31,489 nt of DNA from a virus (lineage: Duplodnaviria > Caudoviricetes). The first letter of the stretch is position 1, and each line of letters begins with the position of its first letter. This document shows positions 8,352-16,294 of this stretch, one piece after another. The stretch lies in the IMG/VR virus record IMGVR_UViG_3300037422_000337, positions 1 through 31,489 of that record. One strand, 5' to 3'. Both the position numbers and the translations under genes were made by a program. The notes under the pieces were generated by a model. The model had not been told where the DNA came from. It was given only the letters and a program-made list of their open reading frames with translations, and did no database searches.

Positions 8352-8492
8352 TTATGATGCAATTATGCTTTATTTATTTAATTTCGCTGCAATACGTTCT
8401 GCGTTGCCTCGCGTTTTTGTCGTACACACAATTGCATATGTCTTAATATTCTGTATTGCAAACCCGTTCTTAATAGTGACAACTTGAAACAT
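8352..8492 (-). CDS. Small basic protein (46 aa)
   Basis: MFQVVTIKNGFAIQNIKTYAIVCTTKTRGNAERIAAKLNKISIIAS; TAATG coupling to the upstream gene. Confidence 0.55.
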
Positions 8493-8674
8493 TATGCCGC
8501 CTTTCGTATTGCAGGGTGTTGTGCCGTTCTAGTTCGGGCATCCAAGCGTTGTATAACTTTTCGAGCCACCGAATCGGCGAAACACTCGAATAGATTGAAT
8601 AGACAATACAGAATAGCCAAACCCATTGCAAACCCACCAATACCTTGAAGTAACAAAGCGCGCGTCAATAGCAT
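8492..8674 (-). CDS. Small membrane protein (60 aa)
   Basis: AAGGAG SD; N-terminal hydrophobic helix. Confidence 0.7.
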   Translation of the reverse strand: MLLTRALLLQGIGGFAMGLAILYCLFNLFECFADSVARKVIQRLDARTRTAQHPAIRKAA

Positions 8675-8699
8675 AATATTCTCCTTTATAATTAATAAG

Positions 8700-8927
8700 T
8701 TAACAAGTTAATACGTATATTCCCTTGGCGGCTAATAGTTCGCGTTGACGGTTTCGCACCATCCTAATTTGATCCATTGTCCACCACCGATCCTTTTCGG
8801 GCTCATCTTGTATACGGTGTGTCAAGTAACACAACGCTGTATAGGTTTCAGACAATTCTAGTTGATCCAAGCGTTTCCCCTCAACTTGGGGTTTCAAGGT
8901 CTTATAATTTAATTTAGTAACTGTCAT
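8700..8927 (-). CDS. Hypothetical protein (75 aa)
   Basis: GAGGT SD; ORF track. Confidence 0.7.
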   Translation of the reverse strand: MTVTKLNYKTLKPQVEGKRLDQLELSETYTALCYLTHRIQDEPEKDRWWTMDQIRMVRNRQRELLAAKGIYVLTC

Positions 8928-8928
8928 A

Positions 8929-9069
8929 CTACATACCTCGTTTATCTAGTTCATTGACAATATAAAATAAGCGCTGAAATGCCCGTTTCGACTGGTATTT
9001 AGTTAACATTTTATAGGCCAATCGATGGTACCTAATTAGTTCGGCGTCAGACAAATGATTTAAATGCAT
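8929..9069 (-). CDS. Small protein (46 aa)
   Basis: MHLNHLSDAELIRYHRLAYKMLTKYQSKRAFQRLFYIVNELDKRGM; AAGGGA SD; stop abuts the next start. Confidence 0.6.
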   Translation of the reverse strand: MHLNHLSDAELIRYHRLAYKMLTKYQSKRAFQRLFYIVNELDKRGM

Positions 9070-9152
9070 ATTTGTTTTCCCTTCACATTAAGATTCTAAA
9101 TACAACTTTAAATAGCACTATTGAGAACAAGTATACTTTAGTAATCATATTC

Positions 9153-9389
9153 TCACCAATCAAATGCTGTACAGACTGAACCGCATTTTGAATCTTTACA
9201 ATTATGTGCCTTAAGAGCCCGCACGAATGCTTCGTATGCAGGACCCTTGCCAACACGCATTTGATAGTTTACGCTCATATTCCATTGTCTAGGTTTCGCG
9301 CCTTGACTTAGCTCTTTACAGCGCTCGCAAGTTGCATCGTATCGTTTGAATACTCGTGTACAATCGGTTTTGTGTTTCGTTTGCTTCAT
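9153..9389 (-). CDS. Cys/His-rich putative zinc-binding protein; first gene of the early arm
   Basis: HxxxC...CxxC and HxCxxxxCxxxC clusters, ending AFDW; no SD. Confidence 0.75.
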   Translation of the reverse strand: MKQTKHKTDCTRVFKRYDATCERCKELSQGAKPRQWNMSVNYQMRVGKGPAYEAFVRALKAHNCKDSKCGSVCTAFDW

Positions 9390-9402
9390 ATCTGAATACT
9401 AA

Positions 9403-9418
9403 TGCACGTCGAATGCCA
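9403..9418 (-). promoter_or_regulatory. sigma54 (RpoN) -24/-12 promoter heading the early arm
   Basis: TGGCATTCGACGTGCA (GG-N10-GC); predicted +1 near 9392, 3 nt before the ATG at 9389. Confidence 0.65.
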
Positions 9419-9496
9419 ACTAGTTTCGAGCCTAAGCGCCCTAAAAAAACGCGCATAATACATATAAGAATCCAATAAGTCTAATGAAGCCAAGAC

Positions 9497-9530
9497 TGTT
9501 AAGTTATATACAGTGTAAAGGACTTAAACA
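9497..9530. promoter_or_regulatory. Tandem enhancer (UAS)-like boxes
   Basis: TGT-N10-ACA (9497-9512) and TGT-N11-ACA (9514-9530), 80-110 bp upstream of the -24 element. Confidence 0.45.
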
Positions 9531-9770
9531 TCTTAGTTTTAGGTCAGTTAATATTAGGATAAGAAGAAGTACAATAATGTCTAGAATGAGTTACAGTGAT
9601 ACGTCTGACTGAGTTGCCAACCAAGTACACCTATTCTCACTCCAAAGCGCTGTACAGCCCATTACAACGCAAAATACACGTTATATAAGAGCGGTTCGTA
9701 TGCCGCATATGGTGTATTTAGAATATAAGCCACATATGGAATAATTATTTAGAAGTATGCGGACGTAATA

Positions 9771-9830
9771 CGGCATAGGAATTGCAAGGGAGAAGTTGGT
9801 ATGGGGATTGCTATTGCAAGAACCGTGCCA
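9771..9830. promoter_or_regulatory. Cluster of three sigma54 -24/-12 sites
   Basis: Plus CGGCATAGGAATTGCA (9771-9786); plus TGGTATGGGGATTGCT (9797-9812); minus TGGCACGGTTCTTGCA (9830-9815, full consensus). Confidence 0.7.
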
Positions 9831-9902
9831 GGGGGGGTACCTTTACTTTGAGTGATGCGATCGTACTCGCAAGTCCACATATCCAATTCTATTATTTTCA
9901 TT

Positions 9903-10817
9903 CTAGTTACATTTTTCTATTCTGTCACACATTAACACCTCTTTTGTGACAAACCGAGGCTAATTATTCAGATGCGGTAATTGGGGGTATTACCCAGATA
10001 AGGCTAGTTACAATATATTTTGTCTCTTAACGGTTACAAAACCGCAAGATTGCATATAATGGGATACATATGTAACCGCTAGGGTACAAGATACGCATTT
10101 GTGTATATAAACATACAAAGTTAAGTCGAAAGTATGTATTTAAATATACAGTGGCGAGTACTTTAACTAATAATATGTTTAGGTCAATTATTTTAATGTT
10201 CATTATACTGCGCATAGCTTACCCTTGTAAGGTTCACTATACGAAGCATTAAGTATTATTCTTATGTTTTAGATGGCCGCAAAAAGTAGGGCAGTACCGC
10301 GCCTTTAGAATGCCCTTAATTTGCATTTATTTGGCCTAAGAGCGTTTAGAATGGGTTGGGATATGGTAGGGGCAGTCCTATCTACCAATAGCGGTAGATA
10401 CGTCTACCACAGGGTTTGAGCCCCTAGATTTGTATTTGGTGCTTGGGAATGTGTATTTTTGGTGGTTTTTAGAGTGCTAGTTACCGATTTATGCCGAGTG
10501 GCCGAAGATTTTGTTGCCGATCTTTTTGCCGATCTTTGGTAATAAATACCCTTGGAAATATGTATTTTTCATGCGTAGGAAACTTATAATTGAGTATTTA
10601 TTGGGTGGTTTTGGGTATGGTCGCCGAAAAATAAACCGATCTTTTGGGAATTATTATTTTGGGGGCCGGTCTGTTGATCCTAGTTAGCTGCCGAATTTAG
10701 GGATGAGGATCTTATAAAACTAACAACTAATTCTAGTTAACATCAATTTTGGCCCTTTCATTGAGTTTATGAAGAAGTCGTTTTTTTGCGATAAAGAAAC
10801 CAAAAATTTCCTAGTTA
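9903..10817 (+). repeat. Dispersed CTAGTTA repeats (6 copies, same strand)
   Basis: Copies start at 9903, 10004, 10477, 10680, 10733 and 10811. Confidence 0.6.
10721..10730 (+). promoter_or_regulatory. TAACAACTNA motif (putative late promoter)
   Basis: TAACAACTAA, ~40 nt upstream of the first right-arm gene. Confidence 0.55.
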
Positions 10818-11332
10818 CAAATCATTGTCCGGGGGTTTTTGGGTTCATCAATTTTATGGAAAAAAAGGTGTGGATAAGCTATTCTGAAAACTTAGTTGAG
10901 GCCGTGGTTCGTAATATAAAACTTATTGAAACTAGACAGCACAAAATTCGAAATCTTGATAATTGGGATTTATGTATTTTCGAACGGTCGGAAAATAAAA
11001 CCGAGGCCCAAAACAATTTCCGGTTATACTGCCAGAACTATCGGAGTAAGGGTTTAGAGATTTTAAACAGGGAGTTTAAGTACAAAGTCTGGGGGTCTAT
11101 CGAAGAAGACTTTCGAGATAATACTAAGTTTTTGTATTATATTTGGTTAGGCACAAAATCTCGTAAGGTTGTCTTGGGTATCTTTGAAAAGGCGTTAGAA
11201 GGGGAAAAGACTTTAAAAGAGTTTAAATCCGGTCAAATCAAGGAGTTCTCTGTAAGCTCAAAAAGACTTGTTATGGAATACAAGGGCATTGACCGAGACA
11301 GTAAAGAGTATAAACGATTGTTTAAATCATGA
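10769..11332 (+). CDS. Hypothetical protein with a degenerate GIY-YIG-like N-terminus
   Basis: PGVFGFIN...KKVWISYSENL has GIY-YIG spacing but lacks the canonical tyrosines. Confidence 0.55.
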   Translation: MKKSFFCDKETKNFLVTNHCPGVFGFINFMEKKVWISYSENLVEAVVRNIKLIETRQHKIRNLDNWDLCIFERSENKTEAQNNFRLYCQNYRSKGLEILNREFKYKVWGSIEEDFRDNTKFLYYIWLGTKSRKVVLGIFEKALEGEKTLKEFKSGQIKEFSVSSKRLVMEYKGIDRDSKEYKRLFKS

Positions 11333-11556
11333 AACTTTATTCAAAACATTCTAAATTAATGGATTTTTCTTGTAGTCTGAATGACATGAGTTATTGGATT
11401 GAGAATAATAGTGGGCAGCTATTACAAGAACTTGACTATTCAATCGTTGGTAAATCTCGTGATATTCGCCGACAAGCTTTTTTAGATATTGAAATTCTTG
11501 GTCAAAATTTTCTCAATAAACCATTCATATTAAAGAGAAATAAAGATGAAAGATAA
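11329..11556 (+). CDS. Hypothetical protein (75 aa)
   Basis: ATGA overlap with the upstream gene. Confidence 0.6.
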   Translation: MKLYSKHSKLMDFSCSLNDMSYWIENNSGQLLQELDYSIVGKSRDIRRQAFLDIEILGQNFLNKPFILKRNKDER

Positions 11557-11755
11557 TTTAAACGATATGTTTAGTTTTGGTAATTACAAAATTTTTCGTT
11601 TAAGAAGAAGTGAAAATTCCATACATAGGGCAACACCATACGGTTTTAACAAAATTGTTTGGAAAAAATATGGCCATGATTTTTGTATTTCCTCAAATGG
11701 GGTAAAGTATCTTTCATACCAACAGATTAATTTACCAAAACCAACAAAACCGTAA
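11546..11755 (+). CDS. Hypothetical protein (69 aa)
   Basis: Overlaps the upstream stop; ORF track. Confidence 0.55.
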   Translation: MKDNLNDMFSFGNYKIFRLRRSENSIHRATPYGFNKIVWKKYGHDFCISSNGVKYLSYQQINLPKPTKP

Positions 11756-11756
11756 C

Positions 11757-11785
11757 TAGACTTTTAATTTTACTTACTGTATAAT
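11757..11785 (+). promoter_or_regulatory. sigma70-type promoter, probably producing a leaderless mRNA
   Basis: TAGACT-N17-TATAAT; ATG lies 6 nt after the -10 box; no SD. Confidence 0.65.
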
Positions 11786-11791
11786 CATTTT

Positions 11792-12178
11792 ATGTCAAAA
11801 AGAAAATATAAAATTGTTCCTAGTCGGTCGATTTTTTCAGACGTTGATGATACTCTAATTAAATGGCCGCAACCCGGTACATCTTTTAAAGATCACCCCG
11901 ATGCAATCGAATTAAATATGTTAGGTGGCGGAACTATGTGGGTTATCCCAATGCTTGAGAATATTAACGCTTTAAAGAAATTTTATGAAACGGGCTATGA
12001 GGTTGTAGTCTGGAGTATGAGTTCTAAGCAATGGGCTGATGTTGTTGTAGATAAATTAGGTTTACGAGAATGGGTTGATTATTGTGTTTCTAAACCTGAT
12101 TTTTATTTAGATGATTATGAAGTTACTCACTTTATGTTTCCAGAAAAAAGAATCTTCTATCCCCATAAGCCCGAATGA
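11792..12178 (+). CDS. HAD-superfamily phosphatase-like protein
   Basis: DVDDT motif I, VVVWS motif II, SKPDFYLDD motifs III/IV. Confidence 0.85.
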   Translation: MSKRKYKIVPSRSIFSDVDDTLIKWPQPGTSFKDHPDAIELNMLGGGTMWVIPMLENINALKKFYETGYEVVVWSMSSKQWADVVVDKLGLREWVDYCVSKPDFYLDDYEVTHFMFPEKRIFYPHKPE

Positions 12179-12360
12179 ATAATTTTTGGACCATAGTAAA
12201 ATTTGTAGATCGTTGCCCCAGAGCAAAACTTCTTTGGGTATATCGAATTTCTGATAAAGCAGGACACACCGTGTATACAAAAAATAAACCTTTGGTGAAG
12301 AAGTTACGCAAAAATAAAAATTTTAATATCGAATTAAAGCTTATTTGTAAAATGTATTAG
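12175..12360 (+). CDS. Hypothetical basic protein (61 aa)
   Basis: ATGA overlap with the upstream gene. Confidence 0.55.
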   Translation: MNNFWTIVKFVDRCPRAKLLWVYRISDKAGHTVYTKNKPLVKKLRKNKNFNIELKLICKMY

Positions 12361-12367
12361 GAGTTAT

Positions 12368-12586
12368 ATGGAACTAAGTAAAAGGGTGTGTAAAAAATGT
12401 ATGAAGTTGCATGTTCGAGCCTATTCAGGAAAGATTGGAAGACATTCTTCTTGGAGAGATGAGCATGGATTGCTTTGGAATGGTAAGATTTGCGGCGCCT
12501 GTAACCGCGAACGAATTCGCGATGCTGTTAATAAACATCGTTTAAATAAGAAATCGGAAAATAATGGAACTGACCTCCCAGATTGA
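12368..12586 (+). CDS. Zinc-ribbon protein (72 aa)
   Basis: AGGAG SD; CKKC...CGAC. Confidence 0.75.
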   Translation: MELSKRVCKKCMKLHVRAYSGKIGRHSSWRDEHGLLWNGKICGACNRERIRDAVNKHRLNKKSENNGTDLPD

Positions 12587-12869
12587 AGAATATCTTTACG
12601 AAGCAGATATTTTAAGCGAGATGATTCAGAAATCTAATTTTATGATTGAGAAATTAGAGGGAAGACCCGATCTCCAAGCCCTATATATTGAAGAATTAAA
12701 ACCAATTATTGATGAATATCTGAATACTCTTAAGGCGTTGAATTTTCTATTTAAAGAATATTTTGAATGGGAAAAAAAGAATCGAACGACAAGGAACTTA
12801 AGATATAGAAGGCTAAATAAACTTATTTTAAATGATTTAACTATAAAGGTTCCACCAAAGTCAAGGTAG
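12564..12869 (+). CDS. Hypothetical helical protein (101 aa)
   Basis: ORF track; overlaps the upstream gene. Confidence 0.65.
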   Translation: MELTSQIEEYLYEADILSEMIQKSNFMIEKLEGRPDLQALYIEELKPIIDEYLNTLKALNFLFKEYFEWEKKNRTTRNLRYRRLNKLILNDLTIKVPPKSR

Positions 12870-13416
12870 GATCGTTTTTCCATCCGTCTACTTCGCAATG
12901 CGGTAATTCGTAAAATTTACTACCGGGTTCGCCATACCATTTGATCTTAAAAGTAGCAACTGCATTATGCGCATCGATAGCAACTTTTACAACCGCTTTA
13001 AACCAATCTCTCGGCCATTCGGCGCCATTTATATGTAACTTAAAGATATCGATAGCGGCATTAAAATTATGCGAACTTTGTCCGTAATGTGCTTTCGAAG
13101 AACCTTTTTTAAAGTACTCCTCTTGAGTCGCTTTTCCCCGACCCGCATCACTAATATGTGCTTCTGGATAATTGGCTTGCAATTGAAAGAACCAATTTTT
13201 TAGCCCCGGATGAAATCCTGGATAACGATTAAAAATAAGTTCACATTTTTTACATTTACCGTTGTTGGTATGTTTAGCTGGTTTTGAGGCAGGCACTGTT
13301 AACGCTTCCGTCTTAATTAGAGCATCTTTTTGTGGTTCCGAACTCGCGGGTTGTGGATTAGAAGGTGTTCTAGATTGAAAAAATAAGGATAATAAAATTT
13401 GTAGCAATTTAACCAT
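12841..13416 (-). CDS. Endolysin, M15-family peptidase (L-Ala-D-Glu/D,D-peptidase type)
   Basis: GRGKATQ, SSHNFNAAID (SxHxxxxAxD) and ELPH motifs; likely start is the ATG at 13416 (MVKLLQILLSLFF), next to a minus-strand TAACAACTTA. Confidence 0.85.
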   Translation of the reverse strand: MVKLLQILLSLFFQSRTPSNPQPASSEPQKDALIKTEALTVPASKPAKHTNNGKCKKCELIFNRYPGFHPGLKNWFFQLQANYPEAHISDAGRGKATQEEYFKKGSSKAHYGQSSHNFNAAIDIFKLHINGAEWPRDWFKAVVKVAIDAHNAVATFKIKWYGEPGSKFYELPHCEVDGWKNDPTLTLVEPL

Positions 13417-13426
13417 AACGTGTACA

Positions 13427-13453
13427 TAAGTTGTTAAGACGTTTAACAACTTA
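13427..13453. promoter_or_regulatory. Back-to-back TAACAACTNA motifs (divergent putative late promoters)
   Basis: Minus copy 13436-13427 faces the endolysin; plus copy 13444-13453 faces the holin-like/terminase operon. Confidence 0.7.
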
Positions 13454-13457
13454 ATAC

Positions 13458-13528
13458 AAAGAAACTCAATGACTAATCGCCGCTCGTGCGGCAATGCTGA
13501 TAGCACAAGTAGTAAGATAGCTTTCTTT
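13458..13528 (+). ncRNA. Candidate structured 5' leader
   Basis: AAAGAAA/TTTCTTT and ACTA/TAGT stems enclose the hairpins GCCGC-TCGT-GCGGC and TGCT-GAT-AGCA. Confidence 0.4.
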
Positions 13529-13547
13529 TAAATTTATAAGGAGTTAT

Positions 13548-13820
13548 ATGTTAAAGCGAAATTTATTTCTATTATCTCTATTCTCTGTGGGGTTTACTAA
13601 AACCCTTTTTCTTCCCTCTTCATTTGTCGATGTATCTGTTTTATTAATTGTCGGAGCAGTTCTATGCTATTCCGAATATAAAAATCAAGACAAGCGATGG
13701 GTACAAATTGAACAGGCTTTGAAAATGCATAAAGAAGAAATTGGTGTTCTTCAAGATAAGATTTCTTCTATTAAAATCATTCAACAATCAAAACCAAATA
13801 GTTTAGGTTTTAGGCAATAA
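13548..13820 (+). CDS. Membrane protein, holin-like candidate
   Basis: AAGGAG SD; two hydrophobic segments plus a coiled-coil tail; divergent from the endolysin. Confidence 0.55.
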   Translation: MLKRNLFLLSLFSVGFTKTLFLPSSFVDVSVLLIVGAVLCYSEYKNQDKRWVQIEQALKMHKEEIGVLQDKISSIKIIQQSKPNSLGFRQ

Positions 13821-14396
13821 ATGAAAATTTGTAATACATGTTCTATCCAAAAAAATATTTCGGAATTTTATGCCCGAAAAAAAGACGTTCGATATAATAC
13901 CTGTAAAACTTGTTGGAATAAGAATAGTAAATTACTCTATGCAAAGAATAAAGTTCGTTATAATGCTAGAAAAAAACAATATAAACAAGAAGATAAGGAG
14001 CGTTGGCAAGAATATAATAAATCCTATTACTCGAAAAATGCCGAAAAAATGAAAACTAAATTATGGTATCAAAATAACACAGAAAGAGCGAAAGAATATT
14101 TTAAAACGCTGTCAAAAACTCCATCGCGAAAAGCGCATGCGAATCAACAAACCGCCATTCGCCGAGCTACATTTTATCAAAGAATTCCGAATTGGTTGTC
14201 TAAAAAAGATAAACAGGAAATTAAACAAATTTATTTAAAAGCCCAACTTATAACCGAACAAACCGGAATTAAGCATGATGTAGATCATATCCTACCTTTA
14301 CGAGGTAAAGATGTGTCCGGCTTACACGTATTAAACAATTTACAAATCATACCAAAAGAACTTAATTTAAAAAAAGGAAATAAGTCTAATGTCTAA
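13821..14396 (+). CDS. HNH endonuclease with N-terminal zinc finger
   Basis: CNTC...CKTC; HDVDHILPL...GLHVLNNLQII...N. Confidence 0.85.
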   Translation: MKICNTCSIQKNISEFYARKKDVRYNTCKTCWNKNSKLLYAKNKVRYNARKKQYKQEDKERWQEYNKSYYSKNAEKMKTKLWYQNNTERAKEYFKTLSKTPSRKAHANQQTAIRRATFYQRIPNWLSKKDKQEIKQIYLKAQLITEQTGIKHDVDHILPLRGKDVSGLHVLNNLQIIPKELNLKKGNKSNV

Positions 14397-14841
14397 TAGT
14401 GAAGGTATTGATCAATTAGCTGAAAATTTTAAAACAGTTAAAGAACTGCGCCAATATTGCTCCAGCCAGTATCGTGTAATTATATCCTTAAATAAAAAAA
14501 TTGTACAGCTTGAGGAAGAAACAAAACATCTAAAGGAATTGATTGCGAAATCAACACCAATCCTTGATGCAACCGGCGGAACTCTAGAAGTTTATAAAAA
14601 TGTTACTGATGAGTTAGCAGTCTGTTTAATACAAATAAAATTATTACGCGATAGATGTGCGAATGGCACCGAACTATCTTATGAAGAAGCAAAAAAGTTA
14701 GATATCTATACAAAACTTCTTATCCAATTGAAAACAGGCGAAAAACCAGAAGAGAATGTGACTAAAACTTTAACAGACGATGAACTTCTTAAATTACTAA
14801 ACAGCGAAATGTCTAAAGACGAAACCTCTAAAAATGGATAA
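14389..14841 (+). CDS. Helical protein, possible terminase small subunit
   Basis: 150 aa, immediately upstream of and overlapping terL; functional call is positional only. Confidence 0.45.
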   Translation: MSNSEGIDQLAENFKTVKELRQYCSSQYRVIISLNKKIVQLEEETKHLKELIAKSTPILDATGGTLEVYKNVTDELAVCLIQIKLLRDRCANGTELSYEEAKKLDIYTKLLIQLKTGEKPEENVTKTLTDDELLKLLNSEMSKDETSKNG

Positions 14842-16294
14842 AAAACTTGTCACAAAAAAAGCAGCTATTGATGAATTATGGCGGCGTGGGGCTTTATCTC
14901 TTTTTAAACTTGACGAAGCACAAAAAGATTTCTCGGAAAAAATTAAAGCTTCCCCAGATAAAATCATTGTAATTCTTTCTTCGCGGCGAATTGGTAAAAC
15001 TTTTGGTGCTATTGTTCTAGCATCAGAAACTTGTTTAAAAACACCGGGTTCTGTTGTTAAATTTCTTGCACCTACGAAAATAATGATCAACGATATCGTG
15101 GAAAAGATTATGCCTATAATCTTTGAAGACTGTCCCGAAGAATTAAAACCTCAACAATTAAAAAGCAAATACACATATAAATTTCAAAATGGTTCACGTT
15201 TAGAATTAGCAGGCGCCGATAGCGGACATGCCGAAAAACTTCGAGGTAGTTTCGCACATCTTTGTATTGTCGATGAGGCTGGGTTTTGTAACGATTTAAC
15301 AAATACAGTTCGTAGCGTTCTTATCCCAACTACTACTAATACTAAAGGAAAAATCATTCTTCTTAGTACCCCCCCAAGCGATCCTGAACATGATTTTATG
15401 AAGTTTGTGGAAGAAGCGGATTTACGGGGAACATTAATAAAGAAAACAATTTATGATAATCCACGTATTAAACCCGATGAAATTGCTGAGATTGTTGCAG
15501 CTTATCCGGGCGGGGTAAGCCACCCAGACTTTAAACGAGAATATCTTTGTATTGTACAAAAGGATTTAAAGTTTTCTGCAATTCCCGAATTTACAGATGA
15601 ATTGGAACAATCAATTGTCAAAGAATGGGAACGTCCTCCGCATTTTGATTATTACGAATCAATGGATTTGGGCGGAAAAGATTTAACAGTTGTTTTATTT
15701 GCTTATTTTGATTTTCGTAAGGCGGTTATTGTTATTGAAGACGAATTGGTAATGGATTTTCAAGAAAAGGATAATCATATCGGATTATTGGTTAAGCAAA
15801 TTAAAGAAAAAGAGGCGCAGCATTTTAATGACCCAATAGTTCATGAGGTTAAAGCGCCCTATTTACGCGTTTCCGATATCGACTATATCGCTTTGGGAGA
15901 AATTAGAAAACATAGCAATAATACAATCGATTTTCGATTAGCCAAAAAAGATGATAAGGAAGCAGCGGTTAACAACTTACGTATAATGCTTGCCAACCAA
16001 AGGATTATAATTAATCCTCGTTGTCACACATTAATTAAGCATCTTCGAAATGTTAAATGGTCTAAAAGTAATCGTAGTGTGTTTGCTCGGTCAGTAGATA
16101 TGGGACATTATGATGCTGTGGACGCGTTAATTTACCTTACTCGCTCCATAGTATTCAATAAAAATCCCTACCCTGCCAATTTTGGTTTAAATCAAACAGA
16201 CTTAGTATTTTTGGGCGAATCAAATAAACCCCGAGATTCGGCGGTTGATGTGTTTAAAACTATTTTTAAAATAGGAAGAAAATATGGCCGATAA
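14834..16294 (+). CDS. terL: Terminase large subunit
   Basis: SRRIGKT Walker A, LRG...IVDEAG Walker B, STP motif III, MDLG and DAVDALIY nuclease motifs. Confidence 0.93.
   Translation: MDKKLVTKKAAIDELWRRGALSLFKLDEAQKDFSEKIKASPDKIIVILSSRRIGKTFGAIVLASETCLKTPGSVVKFLAPTKIMINDIVEKIMPIIFEDCPEELKPQQLKSKYTYKFQNGSRLELAGADSGHAEKLRGSFAHLCIVDEAGFCNDLTNTVRSVLIPTTTNTKGKIILLSTPPSDPEHDFMKFVEEADLRGTLIKKTIYDNPRIKPDEIAEIVAAYPGGVSHPDFKREYLCIVQKDLKFSAIPEFTDELEQSIVKEWERPPHFDYYESMDLGGKDLTVVLFAYFDFRKAVIVIEDELVMDFQEKDNHIGLLVKQIKEKEAQHFNDPIVHEVKAPYLRVSDIDYIALGEIRKHSNNTIDFRLAKKDDKEAAVNNLRIMLANQRIIINPRCHTLIKHLRNVKWSKSNRSVFARSVDMGHYDAVDALIYLTRSIVFNKNPYPANFGLNQTDLVFLGESNKPRDSAVDVFKTIFKIGRKYGR

Noticed and set aside
10027-10215. 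62-aa minus-strand ORF
   Set aside because: No SD, isolated, and no protein-like motifs; probably spurious.
10493-10700. GCCGA repeats as sigma28 (FliA) promoters
   Set aside because: They resemble the GCCGATAA -10 box, but the two best copies (10516, 10528) have no TAAA -35 at the right spacing.
9390-10768. CRISPR array or tRNA genes in the non-coding region
   Set aside because: Repeats are short and irregularly spaced; no cloverleaf with a TTC T-loop was seen.
13417-13506. N-terminal extension of the endolysin given in the ORF track
   Set aside because: It runs across both late motifs and the structured leader; the ATG at 13416 fits better.
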